DNA of 64,000 nt from Anolis carolinensis (taxonomy: Eukaryota): NCBI RefSeq assembly GCF_035594765.1, contig NC_085843.1:239793971-239857970 (forward strand), written 5' to 3'. This document shows positions 12,982 through 28,289 of the stretch, in pieces; positions within the stretch are counted from its first letter, which is position 1; each line of letters starts with the position of its first letter. The notes under the pieces are model-generated. The model had not been told where the DNA came from. It searched no databases and saw nothing but the letters and a program-made list of their open reading frames with translations. The position numbers and the translations under genes are program-made.

Positions 12982-13443
12982 GAGTCAGAGCCTCCCTGAA
13001 TCGTTTGATCTCCCCTAGAAGCAGAAAAAATATGCACAGTAAATCACGTACATGTAAAAACATTACATGTATGGCTTTTCCGTATAAACTAGTGTTGTCT
13101 GTTAGCTGCAATATTCAGCTATTCTCAGCCTAGAGAATTAACAATTGTGAACCACCAACAAATTCCCATTTCTGTCAACACATGCATACTGTCCTATTTT
13201 TAACTGAAATTATTGTGGCTGAAAAAGAGCCTCTAATTTCTACCACTAAAAATTTTAACATTACCTGCAAAACTCATTTTAAAATTTGGTCTAAATCTGT
13301 AACACTTTATAATTAGCTTAGACAGATGTGCCTTAGGCATCAAAGCTAGTTGTTTGAACAGCTTTTAGCAGTGTTATTTACTAAACTAGTAGCTGCAGCA
13401 TTGCAATACAGAAAGACACTCATATATTATCTTTGCCTTACAG

Positions 13444-13556
13444 GGAAACGTGAAGGACGCCCACACACTCCATTGGTGTTAGGCATAATCCTTGGTGCCC
13501 TCGCTATAATGGGCTTCGCTGTTTGCCTCTTCCTATGCACAGGAGGGAGGAGATAG
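13444..13556 (+). CDS. PROCR: EPCR exon 4 (TM and cytoplasmic tail)
   Basis: CAG acceptor; GKREGRPHTPLVLGIILGALAIMGFAVCLFLCTGGRR* matches the EPCR tail LVLG...FLCTGGRR; total CDS 696 nt in frame. Confidence 0.93.
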
Positions 13557-14389
13557 CACCAATCACTACAGCATGTGGACTCCCAACTCTCCAGACTGCC
13601 TAGCTCAGTACAACAAGCAGGAAGATGTAGATTCTTGTTTGCTATTTTTCTGAAAAGGCTAGTGTCTGTACAGACCTTTGACTCACATATTATACTGATA
13701 TGTATGATGAACGATAACACAGAAGCATCAAGGCTACCAGTATCACTGGGATATTTACTGTCTTCACAACCTTGGAGAAAAGGGCCCTTCACTCATTCAT
13801 CCAAGAGGATTCCAGTTTGGACACCCCATGGCTGGGAGAGCCCCACCTCATACAAAATTTAAACATGCTGCACCAGTTCTGATAGTGACTTTTGATCCAT
13901 TTCCAGCCCTTCACAGGGATGATTTTGACACAAATGCTTTGAACAACTTGGGATCAAGATACTCCTAGAATGCCACCTCACCTGTGTACCTAATGTCTCA
14001 TGATATTTAGAGTACTCTGAAAGTCCCTTCATTGTAAAGCTGAGAGGCTTGTTACAAGCATGTTTCTTCAGTTGTAATCTCTTGGCTCTGGAATCCTTTT
14101 TGGCTATGAAAGTTCAAATTCCTTACCATCTACGTTGCTAACATTTTAGCACCGGCCTGTTTTTTGGTTTTGTTTTGTCTACAGGTAGCAAATGGAGGAA
14201 ATATTCCAACATTGTTAATAGCTCAAATCTATTGCTTTCATTCCTCCAGTGATTTTAGCTTTTGTGCTTACTTGTGGTTGTATTTTAGCATCCATATTTT
14301 ATTTATTGTTGTGTCAGTATGTTAGGTTAGTGCTTTGTTATAACCTTGTATTTTACTTGTATTATTCCTATGTTATTTTTAACAGCTTA

Positions 14390-14590
14390 AATGCCAAAAA
14401 ACACTAGATCCTCTTTGATCTTGCAAGCTAACCAGAGCTAGCCATTTGGATGGGAGACTACCAACAGTCACCAGGTTATTTCAGAGAAAGAAACTGGCAA
14501 AACCACACATGTATTTCTTTCTGAAGAAAATCCTATAAAATTCATGGGTTTGCCGTTAACTGATGGGTGACTTGAAGGAACATACACACT
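14390..14590 (+). mobile_element. 5S rRNA-derived SINE (degenerate)
   Basis: GATCTTGCAAGCTAA...TTGGATGGGAGAC 5S-like head with non-5S body; related copies at ~5410-5570 (-) and 57240-57475 (-). Confidence 0.6.
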
Positions 14591-15089
14591 TTTCTCCAAA
14601 TTATACTGTACAATGCCTAAAGAAAAACACTTTCTAGGGCATTTAAGAAGTACATTTGTGTGTGCATGTTAGTGGACAGGGTAGGAGCAAATTCACAAAC
14701 CATAGCATAAAAGAACATGTTCACACATCTTGTTCTGCAGCTTTTCACTTCTGAAGCATCTTGAAAAACTATTACCAGTATTGTTTATTTTGTTCCAACA
14801 GTTTATGAATGGATTTAAAAACAGTATTGCCATGCTATGTGGTGATTACCACTGGGTTGGAATAACTTATGAGGAATACATCAATCGGCAGCTATTAAAC
14901 AGGTGGACTACATTAAATCTCCATCCCAGAGGCAGTATGTCATTGAATATCAGGAAAGTTGCCAGGAAAGTAGAACAATGGAGTACTATTGCTTTATTTG
15001 TGGACTTACTGAAAACATTGGGTTGGGTTACTGTGAAAAAAGGACGTTTATAATAAGATGGGTTTTATTGTAGAATCCAGTAGAGATCT

Positions 15090-15218
15090 TCCAGGTGTCT
15101 TCTGGCCTTCCAGGTGTTTTGGACTTCAACCCCCATAAATCCTAACAGCTGGTAGGCTGTTAGGAATTGTGGGAGTTGATGTCCAAAACACCTGGAGGGT
15201 TGAAGTTTGCCCATGCCA
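15090..15218. mobile_element. Palindromic hAT-type MITE (partial)
   Basis: Same family as 29172-29305. Confidence 0.7.
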
Positions 15219-17088
15219 GCTCTAGATGTAGAGTTGGGCATCATATTATGTATACTATGCCTCAAGAAAAAGCATTCATATCGGAGTTGGCCAGGTAGCA
15301 TCTAAGGCAACAAAAATAGCAGTTATTTTTGAAACTGTTAAATCGCTCCAAATCGCTCCGCTGTCTCCTCTCAAGTTCAACAGAGGGCAACGCATGATAT
15401 TTTTTCAATAAAGACAAAACAAGCATCTAGAAATAGTTGGTGGAGGTGTGTCCATAAGGGGAATTAGGAACAGTAAAGACTAGAAATAATGCTTCTTGTG
15501 AAATTACCATTAAGCCTCTCCTTGAAACAGAATTTACAAGAGATCAAGATTCAGCTACTTTCTTTCCTTGGTATATTCCTGAGACTATGAGAGTAAGTGA
15601 ACCTTGAACTATGACATTAGGTACACTATCCTTGCAACAGGAATAAGTAGGAAGCCACAAATGGTTAAGTAGCTCATGTATAAATTTTCAAGTGCTTTGA
15701 AAAAAAAAAACCCAACGTTTGATAACTGCTCAGTTAAGGCTTTCTGGATTACTGTATATCCCAAATTGCTTTCTGAAGAAACACAGACTGATTTTTTCCA
15801 ACACAGATTACAGATCTCAGTTGGGGAAAAAAGTATTTGAAACACTTCCATTTCTGTTTTTCTTTTCCTGTTTTTGAGCCCAAGCTCATAAAAGTAGTTC
15901 TAACATCACAGAGTAGCTGAGAGGAGAACTGGTTTTCTGGATGTTATTAAATGCATTTTTAAAAAATCCATTCAAACTAACAAACACTTTTTGGGCTTTT
16001 TTCAGTGCTAGTCTATTGCTATTTTTTCTTCCCATAAAAACAATACCTTTTGCAAATGATGGCATGGCAATACATTGCTACTGGTGACTTCAATGGTCAG
16101 TTCTGGAAGACACCAGAGTATATTAACTTTTAAGAAAAAAAGAGCACTGTTTCACTCAGGCCATTATCCATATATGGGAAGAGAAATTCCGGTTCATTTT
16201 TTATAAAACAAAATATAAATGGCACTGGAACACACACATATGAGGAAGGAAAACTACATAACGTTCTAAACATACATGTAGCCAAGAAATAAATCTTTGA
16301 TAAGCTGCAGAATTCTCACCCTTGCCTTACAGCCTTGTTAAAGAATTGGACCTAACAATCAACTGACTCAGAAGTATGCATGCTATCTGTATGGTGGTAT
16401 TTTCAGGAAAATGATTCCATACAAAGGAGACAGCTGTTTGTAAAATCAGTGTCCAAGGCAGCCTATTGGCTGTGTTACACTTTATGGGGGGAGGAGGGAG
16501 TTTACTGTCGAAAAACGAATTCAATACATGTTAGCCTAAAGCTTCCCACAAAAAGATGCCTTTGTGTTCTGGTTTAATTTGATGCTTAAAACACAAGCAC
16601 AATTTTTGTTGAACTACAGGTGAGGGAGATAATTATTACATAGCTGAATAAATGGGGTAAATTGCAGATGCTGTCTACAGATGGGAGATGAAGATAAAGT
16701 GGTATACTTTCCTTTTAAGTCCAGATGCCACTAGATGCCAGCCCCCTTCAGCCATAGCTAGCAAAGTCAATGGTGAGGGATCAGGAAAGCTACAATCTAA
16801 CATGATCTGATGAGTCACATTTACTTCCATGCCTATCTTAGGTACACAAAACAACTACCTATATGCAACAAGTCACCTGGAACAATGTTAGATGGAGTAT
16901 TTTTTGTCCACATTCCTATCTCCTTTAGCTTCCATTAGTCAATAGAGCTAAGGGATTTCCAGTCACTTGTTTTCTGCATGGTCTGTTTTTGACTGCATGT
17001 TTTTCATTCATACACTTTCAGTATGGTGTATGGAATTTATATGGTATGTCCTACTGTCAGAGATGCACAGTATGTCACACTGACATGA

Positions 17089-17178
17089 GCTAATGGAGAA
17101 CTAAGAACCTCTCTAAAGAACATTTCCATGATAACTGCTAATGGAGAACTAAAATCCTCTCCAATGAACATTTCCATG
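17089..17178. repeat. 48-bp tandem duplication
   Basis: GCTAATGGAGAACTAA...GAACATTTCCATG occurs twice with period 48. Confidence 0.9.
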
Positions 17179-17767
17179 CTGAGAATAAGAGGAAATATCT
17201 GGATTTGTGAGAACCCATAAGAGAAGTAAAATGGAAGTAACAAATAAAAGCTGCAGAGGTAGTATTGTCTCATGTATCAAATCCATTAGAATAAGAGATA
17301 TAGGAACAGGCATATTTCCAGGATGACAACAATCTGAACACTGGGGAAATGTTTTTAACCAACAGCTTTACACTCTGGTTCAATAATGTAATATGTGATA
17401 CAAGGCAAAAATAGAGGGAGAATGAGAAAGTCATGAAAATTCATTCATTCAGAAGAGCAAGAAAAAGGAACATCAAAATATATTTTAAAACCAGAATTTC
17501 AACGTGGTACTTCTTAAAAAATTCCTCATAACTCTCAACCACTGGAGCTTAACAATGCTCCAATTAGAGCACCAGTTGTGTCCTGAATAAGGAAATTTCT
17601 TTTGCCATCTTCTGATCAGTCCCAGAATCACCCCCAATATTTGTAAAAATGGAGGTCACAGTAGTCACTCCAATAGCCCTCAATTTTGTTCTACAATGAC
17701 CAGAAGAAGACTGCAGTTTACAGCACTGATTTCATTCATCTTCAATAAAGTCCATTTGCTTCAAGTC

Positions 17768-17832
17768 TCAATATCCCTGAAGTCCATTGTACACTTTCTG
17801 AACAGATGATTGTTTCAGAAGTTGTTTGAGAC
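17768..17832 (-). CDS. DNAJB11: DNAJB11 exon 10 (last)
   Basis: GLKQLLKQSSVQKVYNGLQGY*; CAG acceptor. Confidence 0.96.
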
Positions 17833-18512
17833 CTGCAAAAAAATATAAGAATGACTGTCCTACAAAATATGCGATGCTCCAACAGCAACAATACCCCTAA
17901 CCAACCAACTGAATCCAAGCTGTTTTGAAACATAGAACATTCCATATATATCCCTTAAAATTTTTTGCAGTGAGGTATACACATATATGTTAAAAACACA
18001 GCTGTACCACAAAAATAGTGAACTCGGCTCTTCACTATTGCAGGCTAAGAACATGCAAGGTATTTGGAAAAGATAGCTGACTAGTTTTTAATCAAACCTC
18101 ACTGTAGGCAACATTTATGCAAAGCAGAAATGGCTGCTTTACCTTTCCTTTTTCGGAATGTGCAATAAAGCTAGAATGGATTTTTTTTTACTATATTTGT
18201 AAACATGGACAGCAGACCCTCAATCAGTAGAATAGTTTGGGGGCGGGGAGAAAAGGCCATTCCAATGACAGGTTACAGTTCACTAGTTTCAGAAAAGTCT
18301 GCTGTCATATTGATTTCCTAGTCCATTAAAACCCACATTTTCCTGAATGTACCAGATAGTATCTGAAGAGTTAGATATCTGTGGTGGACCCAACATTAGC
18401 TAGATCATCACCACAGGATGGTCACACTAAAGACCGAAATACATTTGAGAATCTGTAATTATAGAACACCAAATCTATCGTTATAGTACAGTAGGGCACT
18501 ATTGATACAAAC

Positions 18513-18672
18513 CTTCCCGCTCTTCACTTGTCAGCTGTTCTTTGGGAAAATCTACATCAAACGTAATTATTAAAGAGCCTTTAATATTGTTGTTGTCAAA
18601 ATTGGGAAGACCTTCTCCTTTCTTCCAAAGTTTGGCTCCAGGTTTTGTGATTTTATCCCGGGCAACATGGAC
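18513..18672 (-). CDS. DNAJB11: DNAJB11 exon 9
   Basis: [47 protein letters not shown]; AG/GT. Confidence 0.97.
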
Positions 18673-18790
18673 CTGGTGGATGGATAGTGATAGTGATTTA
18701 CTTTTCAACAAGTTTAGCATTTAAAAAACAAAATAAAACAGGATGTTCACAGATATCAGTAACACAACACAACACTGTAATTTAGTGCTA

Positions 18791-18979
<189 letters not shown>

Positions 18980-20055
18980 TTAGGAAAATATTAATTTCTC
19001 TACTTCATCCACTATAACCAGGATACTCCTATTCCAACACGTTGAGTGCACCATAGAAGCTACTAGAAAAAGCATTTAACTTCCTAACTAGGAATTTGTC
19101 TACGGGTAATGATTGAAACAAAGTTATTATGCCTATCCTTTTTTTCAGAATTTAAAACTTTTCTAATTTTTTTCAGCAGAATAGAAAAAATGCACAAGGA
19201 GAAGGGGAATTTTGCCTCTGGATTAGAACAGAATTGATTGCAATACAATTGTGGCAGTTGCCTTAATCTGATGGATAGTTTTAGTAGTAGTTATTAGCTG
19301 TTATAGTAATATTTATTAGCTCCTGGAGCTTTAAAATAGGCAAATTTCACTTAAACTATTGGCTTTCATTCAGTTGCCCATTAATTTCTCTTTTTAGTTG
19401 CCAAATATTTTCATTCTACAATCTGAATCTCATGTAGATAACAGCAACATTGATATAAGTCACTGTTTCTCATGCTCCTTGAATTTAGATGTCCCTTCTC
19501 ATGCTCTTTTACAACAACGTTCCTCAATGAAACACCCCAAATCTGTTCTGCATGTGAATGCACTGGAGAATGTCACACCAGGAACTGGCATAAGTGTGGA
19601 CTGTGAATTAATTCAATACTTGAAGCAGAAGGAATATAAAATATCTGATTCTGCTCTACAACTGACTATTCTTAGTTTTCAGCAGGGAATAATGGGTTTC
19701 CTCCTTCTCCAGAATGCTATCATCCCAACATAAGAGCCTTTGGCCAAGAGATGTTCAACTCAATCACACATTTGATTCTATCTTTTTTTTTTAGGAATCT
19801 AAGCAAGGAGACATTTTTCTGAGGCCTAGTGCGACCCATCCCACAAAACAACTGTACTCTACAGTTGCAGAACCACAGTTATAAAGGGAATTGTTTTTCC
19901 CCACCACATCAATTCATCATTTTCTTTTGGGCACTTTTTTGACAGAGGAAATGCATATACATATGCTAAAAAACACAAGTTAGTATTAACAAAAAGGTTT
20001 CTCCAGTCATGAGTTAACATAGTAAAATCGTTCATAAACATGCAGAGATAACTTA

Positions 20056-20163
<108 letters not shown>

Positions 20164-20369
20164 TTATACCTAGCCTTTTCCTCTAAAAAAAGAGACTCAA
20201 AGCGGTTTACAATAAAAACAATATAATACAATAGCTTATTTGCAAATTGTACAAAAATAATGTGATTTGTAAATAAAGGAGGGTTAGAACCTGGAATTTA
20301 TTCAAATTAGAAACTAAGGAAGTTTACTAACTTTCTACAAAGTTCCATAAATCTATTTGGATTTATTTA

Positions 20370-20633
<264 letters not shown>

Positions 20634-21012
20634 CTAGGATACGTAAGTAAATTATGATAATACCACAAAACCCAGCTAGATTCTATTTACTAATGAATCA
20701 ATTAATCTATAAGAACGTAACAGGAAACATTCTACTTAACACTGTGACTGAAACACTTTTTCTATTTGGCAAAGTAAGTTTTACCTGTCTTGAGGGACCA
20801 ACTACCCAAGCTTCTCTGAGAAACCCAGGAAAATTTTCAGCTTGAACACTTTCTTCTTCCTACTTTTTTTTCATAAATGAGCAAGACACTACGCCCCCAC
20901 ATGGTTTGAGCTGGTAATGTAATGACTCTTCCCTCCTTTCTAATTCCAATAATCATGCATTACTAGTAAATACAGTACATATGCACCAAAGTGTCAGAGG
21001 ACATCAGACTCA

Positions 21013-21198
<186 letters not shown>

Positions 21199-22232
21199 TC
21201 ATCCCTACAGAGCACTTTAGTCCTGAATAATTGAAACAAACAATTTCAATTGGCAAATAGCATATATGAAAACAGCAGCCTAGCAGCCATATTACACTGC
21301 TTCCTCCCAGAGAAGATGAAAACTGAGCATTGTAATCACAATTCATTTCCAAGATGGAATAGTTTGAGAAGGGGTCCATGAATTTTGGGCTGGCTTACTA
21401 GTCAGTCATTATTTGCAATTGTCATCTATTTTTCTACATCCTCCAAGTATGCTACTGTTTTAGGCCTCTCCCTATACAAAAGCTATTTCATTTCTGAAAT
21501 AGTGGAATTAAATGGGACCCCATACTTATACCCCAACTTGAGTAGTCCACAACAGAACCAGAGGCTAGGGGATAATGCCTGGTCTTGTTTCTTTTCATGG
21601 AGGGCTTTGGAGAAGACAAGGAACAACTGCCACATCCCTATATGCTTGGAGACATAAAGCAATTTAGAAACAGTACTTTACTGAAAAGTACCTGCTTGAT
21701 CATGACAAAAACCAGGAAGCTCGCTTGTCATGAATCCTAGTTGGAAGTCTCTTGCGTTGGCTATTCCACTGAAATGATAGAACTATAATTTGTTAATGGT
21801 TGATAGCTTAAAAAGGAGGCCACTTGGCTCTTAGGCAGTGACATTTTACTGTATGATTTGTAAAAGGCATAAATAGCAGTATAAATAGCAAGATTCCTGA
21901 AACTGATTAACTGTAGTTTCATGAAAACCACATCCTTTCAGTAGTGATACAAAAGTGAGAGCAGATAGTTGCTGTTCTCTGTACCACGTGTTCAAAGAAA
22001 GCACACTCATCTTTCACAAGTCTAAAGCTGAGGCACGTTCCACATATGGGTAGATGCAATATTTCTGCATGGTCTCTAATTTATGTCTGCTCTAAGTTCC
22101 ATACAAATGCTTCTGTTCAGAGAAAAGCACACCACTGCCACATTCTCAGTTGGGTTTTTTTAAAAAAACAACAGCACCAATAGCAATTGGCAAGCAGGCT
22201 TTAAAAAAAAGCTAAGGCAGCTCATCATGTTA

Positions 22233-22493
<261 letters not shown>

Positions 22494-23446
22494 TCACAAG
22501 TTTTGAGACTATCCAGTTTAGAAATAATCACTTCTGTCAAAACAGAGCTGCAATAAAAATATGACAACGAAACTAAACTGGATTTAGTTAACAGGAAAAT
22601 AAAATGGCTGATATCATTGCAAATAAGAAAAATCTTAGGTGGTCACTGATTTGTACTGCAGTTCTGTTGAGTAAATTGCAAAGACTCTGGAATATTTTCC
22701 AGCAAATATATATTGATCTGGTCTAGAACTGAATGGATCAGCCTGCTCTCCTGCCTATTGAGTAGCAATACCAAAACAATCAGGAAAGGATAGTCCAATG
22801 ATGCCTCACATCCAAGGAATGTTTTTTGAGAGGTTTCAAAAATTGGATTTCCACAAGCTGTTATAGAATATGCCTCCTGAAGAAATAATTTTGTATGAAT
22901 ATTGAAAAGCATGCATATAAGCAGTAGGTAACTGAAGGTCTACTCTTTATTCCTTTGAAAATTCAAATATGTTTCTGCTATATGAGAAAAGGCCTTGTCT
23001 AGGGGTTAAAAACAAAACATTTTAATATTTTATTATTTAACCTTTTGAAGAGTGTTATCTACAACTCCAGAAATTTCTGTTGAATAGTATGTATGATTTT
23101 ATTATGAAAAAGACTGCAACTATATGTGTTTTTTTAAGACATGGTTTAATTACTGTTGTCCTGGCTCTTTTTATTATGCATAATAGAGTTTGTATTTATG
23201 TTTGGCTTTTAGCACTTGAAAAGGGCCTTTCCTGAAACATTTTGAACTTTTTAAAGGAATAAAAAGTTAACCATCAATTAGCAAATGGAGCTTGTTTTTT
23301 TTTTAAATCAAAGAAAACCTACAATAAGACAATAAATTAATTTAGTCATCCCGGCTGCAAAGAACTAACTTCTCAGCATTCTCAAACTTTATTAAAAAGT
23401 AAAACCTGGTTTTTCATGCAAGACAGTATGAACAAAGCAGACTTAC

Positions 23447-23544
23447 TGTGAAAAAATGTCACCATGGGAACTCTGGTGACCCTCTTTTAGCCCCTCTTCC
23501 CCATATGCATCATACTGCTTTCGCTTTTCCTCATCTGACAATAC
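23447..23544 (-). CDS. DNAJB11: DNAJB11 exon 3
   Basis: [33 protein letters not shown]; AG/GT. Confidence 0.97.
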
Positions 23545-25084
23545 CTGCAGGCAAAATGTTCATGAATATATTAAATAATTATTCATTAGTATTTCCTGTA
23601 ACTATTAGTTTGGCATACTTTATGAGCCATCATCTAACTCCCCATCAAATAGTAACATGTTCCACTGATCTCCATCAGAAATAATTGGACTGAAGTGCAT
23701 ATCAAGGATGGAAGATTCTGAATGTCAGTTACACTTTGGAATGTGTGAGAAGAAACACCATAAACCATTGCTGCATTATCTTCCATATAAAGGTTGAGAT
23801 GCTACATTGACACTACACATGTCACAGCCTATATTCATTAGTTTGCAAACTCAGTAATAGATTCATAATAGTAGAAAGGGCTGGAATATAAATAGTTCTA
23901 ATTTCATTTTCATTACTTTTTTAGAACACTGAAACAGAAATGGAGACCCCATGATTCCCTAGATACTATAAGGCTACCCATTACTCCTCTCCATGGCTAT
24001 AGTGGCTAAAGATAACCAGTAAAATATTTGGAGGACCCCACATTTCCCATCACTGCTTCAGAAGACAAAAATATGTGCTCAAATATGATGTAGATCAAAT
24101 TATTTGTCTCAATTCAAGCAGCCGTTCACTAGATACAGGTAGCTTGTAAAGTGTTACAGCAGTTTTGATAGGGTTTTTTTTGCTCCCTAGGCAATATCAC
24201 AGCACGCTGCTCTATTCAAAATGTCAATAGGATACCTATACGGTTTATTTTGCAAAAACAGCAGATAACCTATGACTATCAAAGTGACATTTCTGTTCTC
24301 TCTACTTCAGAGAAGAGGGATATCCATGATAAATGAAAAAAAAAAACAGACAGAAGAGAGAGGAATATAGTATTCAGAACTCAATGTGTTTCCTACTCTG
24401 ATATTATCCAGAACCAAACCTTATTTTCCATAACATGTCCACTAGTGTATTTTTCAGCTAAATAAAGGCACCATGCAATTATATAAACAACAAATTCAAT
24501 ATTAATATATTACATCATACAAGGTTGTGAAAGGCATTCAAGTTAACTATGCCAAAATCTGTCATAAAACTATGCTTAAGGAAGGAGAACTCACTTTGGC
24601 TTTCAGGGGCTGTCAGCTGGACCAAACTCTGACTCCCAAAACAAGATGGCAGACTAAATGACTTAGTGGGTCATTAATTTGAAGAAACTATTTCTCTATA
24701 TCAATTAAACACATTCCATAGAGCATAGAAAATAAAACATTCTAAGGAACAGTTTTATATTTTAAAAGAATATGACAAAGAGAAGAACACTGATAGCTTT
24801 TTTTTTAAGTCAGTAGAATGTTTGAAAGCAAGTTGTTAAAATCCTGTATTATTGTTCATCAAATGTATGACCATGCAGTGCCCGATTTCAATACTTGGTT
24901 GATTTTAATATCATCCTAAAGAACAGAAAGCTAGGAAAAGGGATAAAGATGACTTTTCAGGAACAGATTCCTTAATGATAATTTATAATGTATAGGATGG
25001 ATATCTTATCCAACATTTTCACCTAAATCCCAACATTTTCCAAAGGAATTTACTGAAAAGACGACACAGGATTACAGGCAGCTA

Positions 25085-25336
<252 letters not shown>

Positions 25337-27469
25337 TCAGCTTATCCTTAGGTCACAAGTTAAAGTACAGCAAGATGGTTAGTTTTTTTTCCCTCTCCAA
25401 GTGCAACCCACAGTAGAAGCTCTGGAAGTATATCATTCAGATGATGACAGGTTCCTTGCTTCCAAGGAATCATGAAGGCTTCCATTTTTGAGATATTTAA
25501 AGAAAGGCAACTATTTCCAAATATGAGTTCAAACAGCTTATGCACATAGCGAGAAATTCCTAAACTCACTAAAGACATTGTGAAATTTATTAGGGTGGGC
25601 ATACCAAAAGGATTGTACTGAAAATGTGTTATGTTGCTTTGTCTGCACAATAACATTTCCTAAAGTCTACTTAAGATTCACCCACTCCATGGGGAAATAA
25701 AAGATGCATTTTTGTGCTCCCCAGGCCATATCACAGGATGCTGGATCAGGAGACAGGGACATAAAACTACAAATGTATTAGACAACTTTACCGCCCCTAG
25801 ATTTTTACCTTGCTGTATACATATGTGTGTGTGTGTGCTCATACACAATATGCGTATTAGGCTGTATGCAATATATACACATTGAGTATATATTGGCAGA
25901 AATGTTGTTGCACTTTCTCCCGTATCAGCCTTCCCCCCTACATACTACTGAATGAAGTGAAATCCCATGCAAGGCAGAAAGGAGCATCAATGGAAATCAT
26001 GTGTAACATTGTATAGCTATGTTACACCAAAAGGTGTTACATAATTTATAGATAGAACAGGAAGTAAAATGGAAGAAATGACAGCAGGCTTGTTTGATCT
26101 TTCTCTTGATCTTGTGTCCTTCATCAAAAGCAGTTTTACTTCAGTTTGCCAAGCTGAATTATTTTAATTCAGCTTTAATAGATTATTACTGCATTTTCCT
26201 TCTTCTTGGAGCCAGGCTGTCTCCCATCCTGGTATTGACCAGAACCAAGATCAAAGGACTTCAAGAAGATGGCTTTAACATCTGTCTCAGAGTACATCCT
26301 ATTAATTTATATATTTATGTAATTTCTTTCTATCTTAATATTGAATAAAGTGCACACAGATTATTACCAGCTACTTTTTATTTTGGAGCTTTCAGAAATT
26401 AGCAGTTCTCCAGATATTGCTAGACCATTAACTCCCACCAGCCTAAGCCAGAATAGCCAATAATGAGGAAGGCTGGAAGTTGCAATGTAAATGACAAACC
26501 CCTGTATATCTATTTATTTATTATAGGGATTTATTTGCCAATATTCAATAAAAATTCCAAAGCGGCTAATAGAATTTTAACACACAAAAATATACTAAAA
26601 GCATACAAATTAAAGAGTAAAAAGATAAAAAGTCCAAAGCAAAGGAAATATGAAAACCTGAGAAACTATTAAGGGTTAGGTCCAAAAGGATATGCTTGGA
26701 AGAGCATTCCACCATTAAGAAGCCACCACAGAGAAGGCATCTACTACAGTGGTTCCCAACCTATGGCTTGCAACCCCAAATGAGGTCACAAAGGGTTTTC
26801 TGTGGAGCTTGTGGTGAGCTATAAAAATTTGAAAACGAGAAAATAAAAAATCACACCATCTAAATGTCACCATGCTTGCGCTTCAAGTTATACTCCCCTT
26901 TGTTTCTACATATCTCTGTGACAGCCGATTTTCAATGCTTCTTCAATTGAAAACCAAAACAAGAAACAGATTAAATGTTGAGAATGATATGAATTTAGCA
27001 TTAACAAAAAACGCAACTGCAAATGTTTAAGAAAGTGAGGTGAAATCTTCTGAACAGGGGCATAGACAGCAAAACCAACACCACAAGAATGTTAATCCTT
27101 CCCTATGCTATCCAAAGCTGGAGGGGCTGCAGACCAAGCACAATCTGAAGACCTCAATGGTTAATCAGGTGGAAGACAACATGATACATGTTACAACAGT
27201 TGTGAAGGCGGAAGAACACTACAACAGATTGAGAAGCCACCATCGTTGTGTTAACCATGCCACTGGTTGGGACCCTGATTCTGTGCAGACTGTGTTGATC
27301 AGCTTTGCATCGACCTCCAGGCATAAAATTTTTTGCACACAGACATCCTCCAATAATATGTATATATGAACACGTGTGTGTATATATTTGGCTGGAGTTA
27401 CACTTAAAAACGTACCTGTTCCATCTTACATACAAATTCAACTTAAGAACAAAACTAAAGAATCTATCA

Positions 27470-28010
27470 TTGGGTTGCTGTGACTTTCCTGAGCTGTATG
27501 GCCATGTTCCAGAAGCATTCTCTCCGGACGTATTGCCCACATCTATGGCAGGCATTCTCAGAGGTTGTAAGGTATGTTGGAAACTAGGCAAGTGGAGTTT
27601 ATGTATTTGTGGAATGTCCAGGGTGTTTGTCTGTTTGAGGCATGCCAGAGAAGCCACTGCAATTCACAAGTATGTGGACAATTTCAACAGAAAGGAGGAA
27701 ACCATGAAAATGAACAAAATCTGACTACTAGTATTAAATAACAATACCCAGAAAACGGGAATTCCAGAAAGGAAACAATCAGGGCCAACAAAGGATTTCC
27801 CCAGGAAGCCGCCAGGCTTTGAAGCTGCAAGGCTATTCAATGTTAATCAAGCTGGCTGATTGCAAGATTAAAACTTGCCTCAAGCAGACAAGAGTTCTTT
27901 CTCCCACCCTGGGCATTCCAGACATATAAACCCCACTTGCCTAATTTCCAACACATCTCACAATCTCAGAGAATGCCTGCCATAAGAGAGAATGCTTTTG
28001 GAACATCCAG
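27470..28010. mobile_element. Penelope-like element remnant with inverted pseudo-LTRs
   Basis: 27470-27640 and 27830-28010 are inverted copies of the repeat also seen at 30690-30897 and 34768-36060. Confidence 0.8.
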
Positions 28011-28289
28011 CCTTAATTGACTGACATATTGTATTCAGCACTTTATCCCAGTCCTGGTCCTATAATCTTCTTTTTGCACAAGTCCATGCCCAGCCCTCTT
28101 TAATTCTGATCATCCCCACCATATCCCTGGTTACTGGCTCTTGAGATTTGCTTCGTTACATTTTAATGATGTTTTCTACCCTGCTGTTTTGATTTAATTA
28201 TTCTGTTATAGGTTACTTTGGGCTTGGTCCTGTATGTAAGCCATCCAGAGTTCACTTGGGCGATGGTGGCGGGGTATAAAAATAAAGTT

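Noticed and set aside
14890-16580. Possible overlap of PROCR and DNAJB11 3'UTRs
   Set aside because: Several AATAAA/ATTAAA candidates on both strands; transcript ends cannot be fixed from sequence alone
27040-27724. ORFs of 109-167 aa on both strands
   Set aside because: They cross Penelope remnants and low-complexity DNA; no coherent protein
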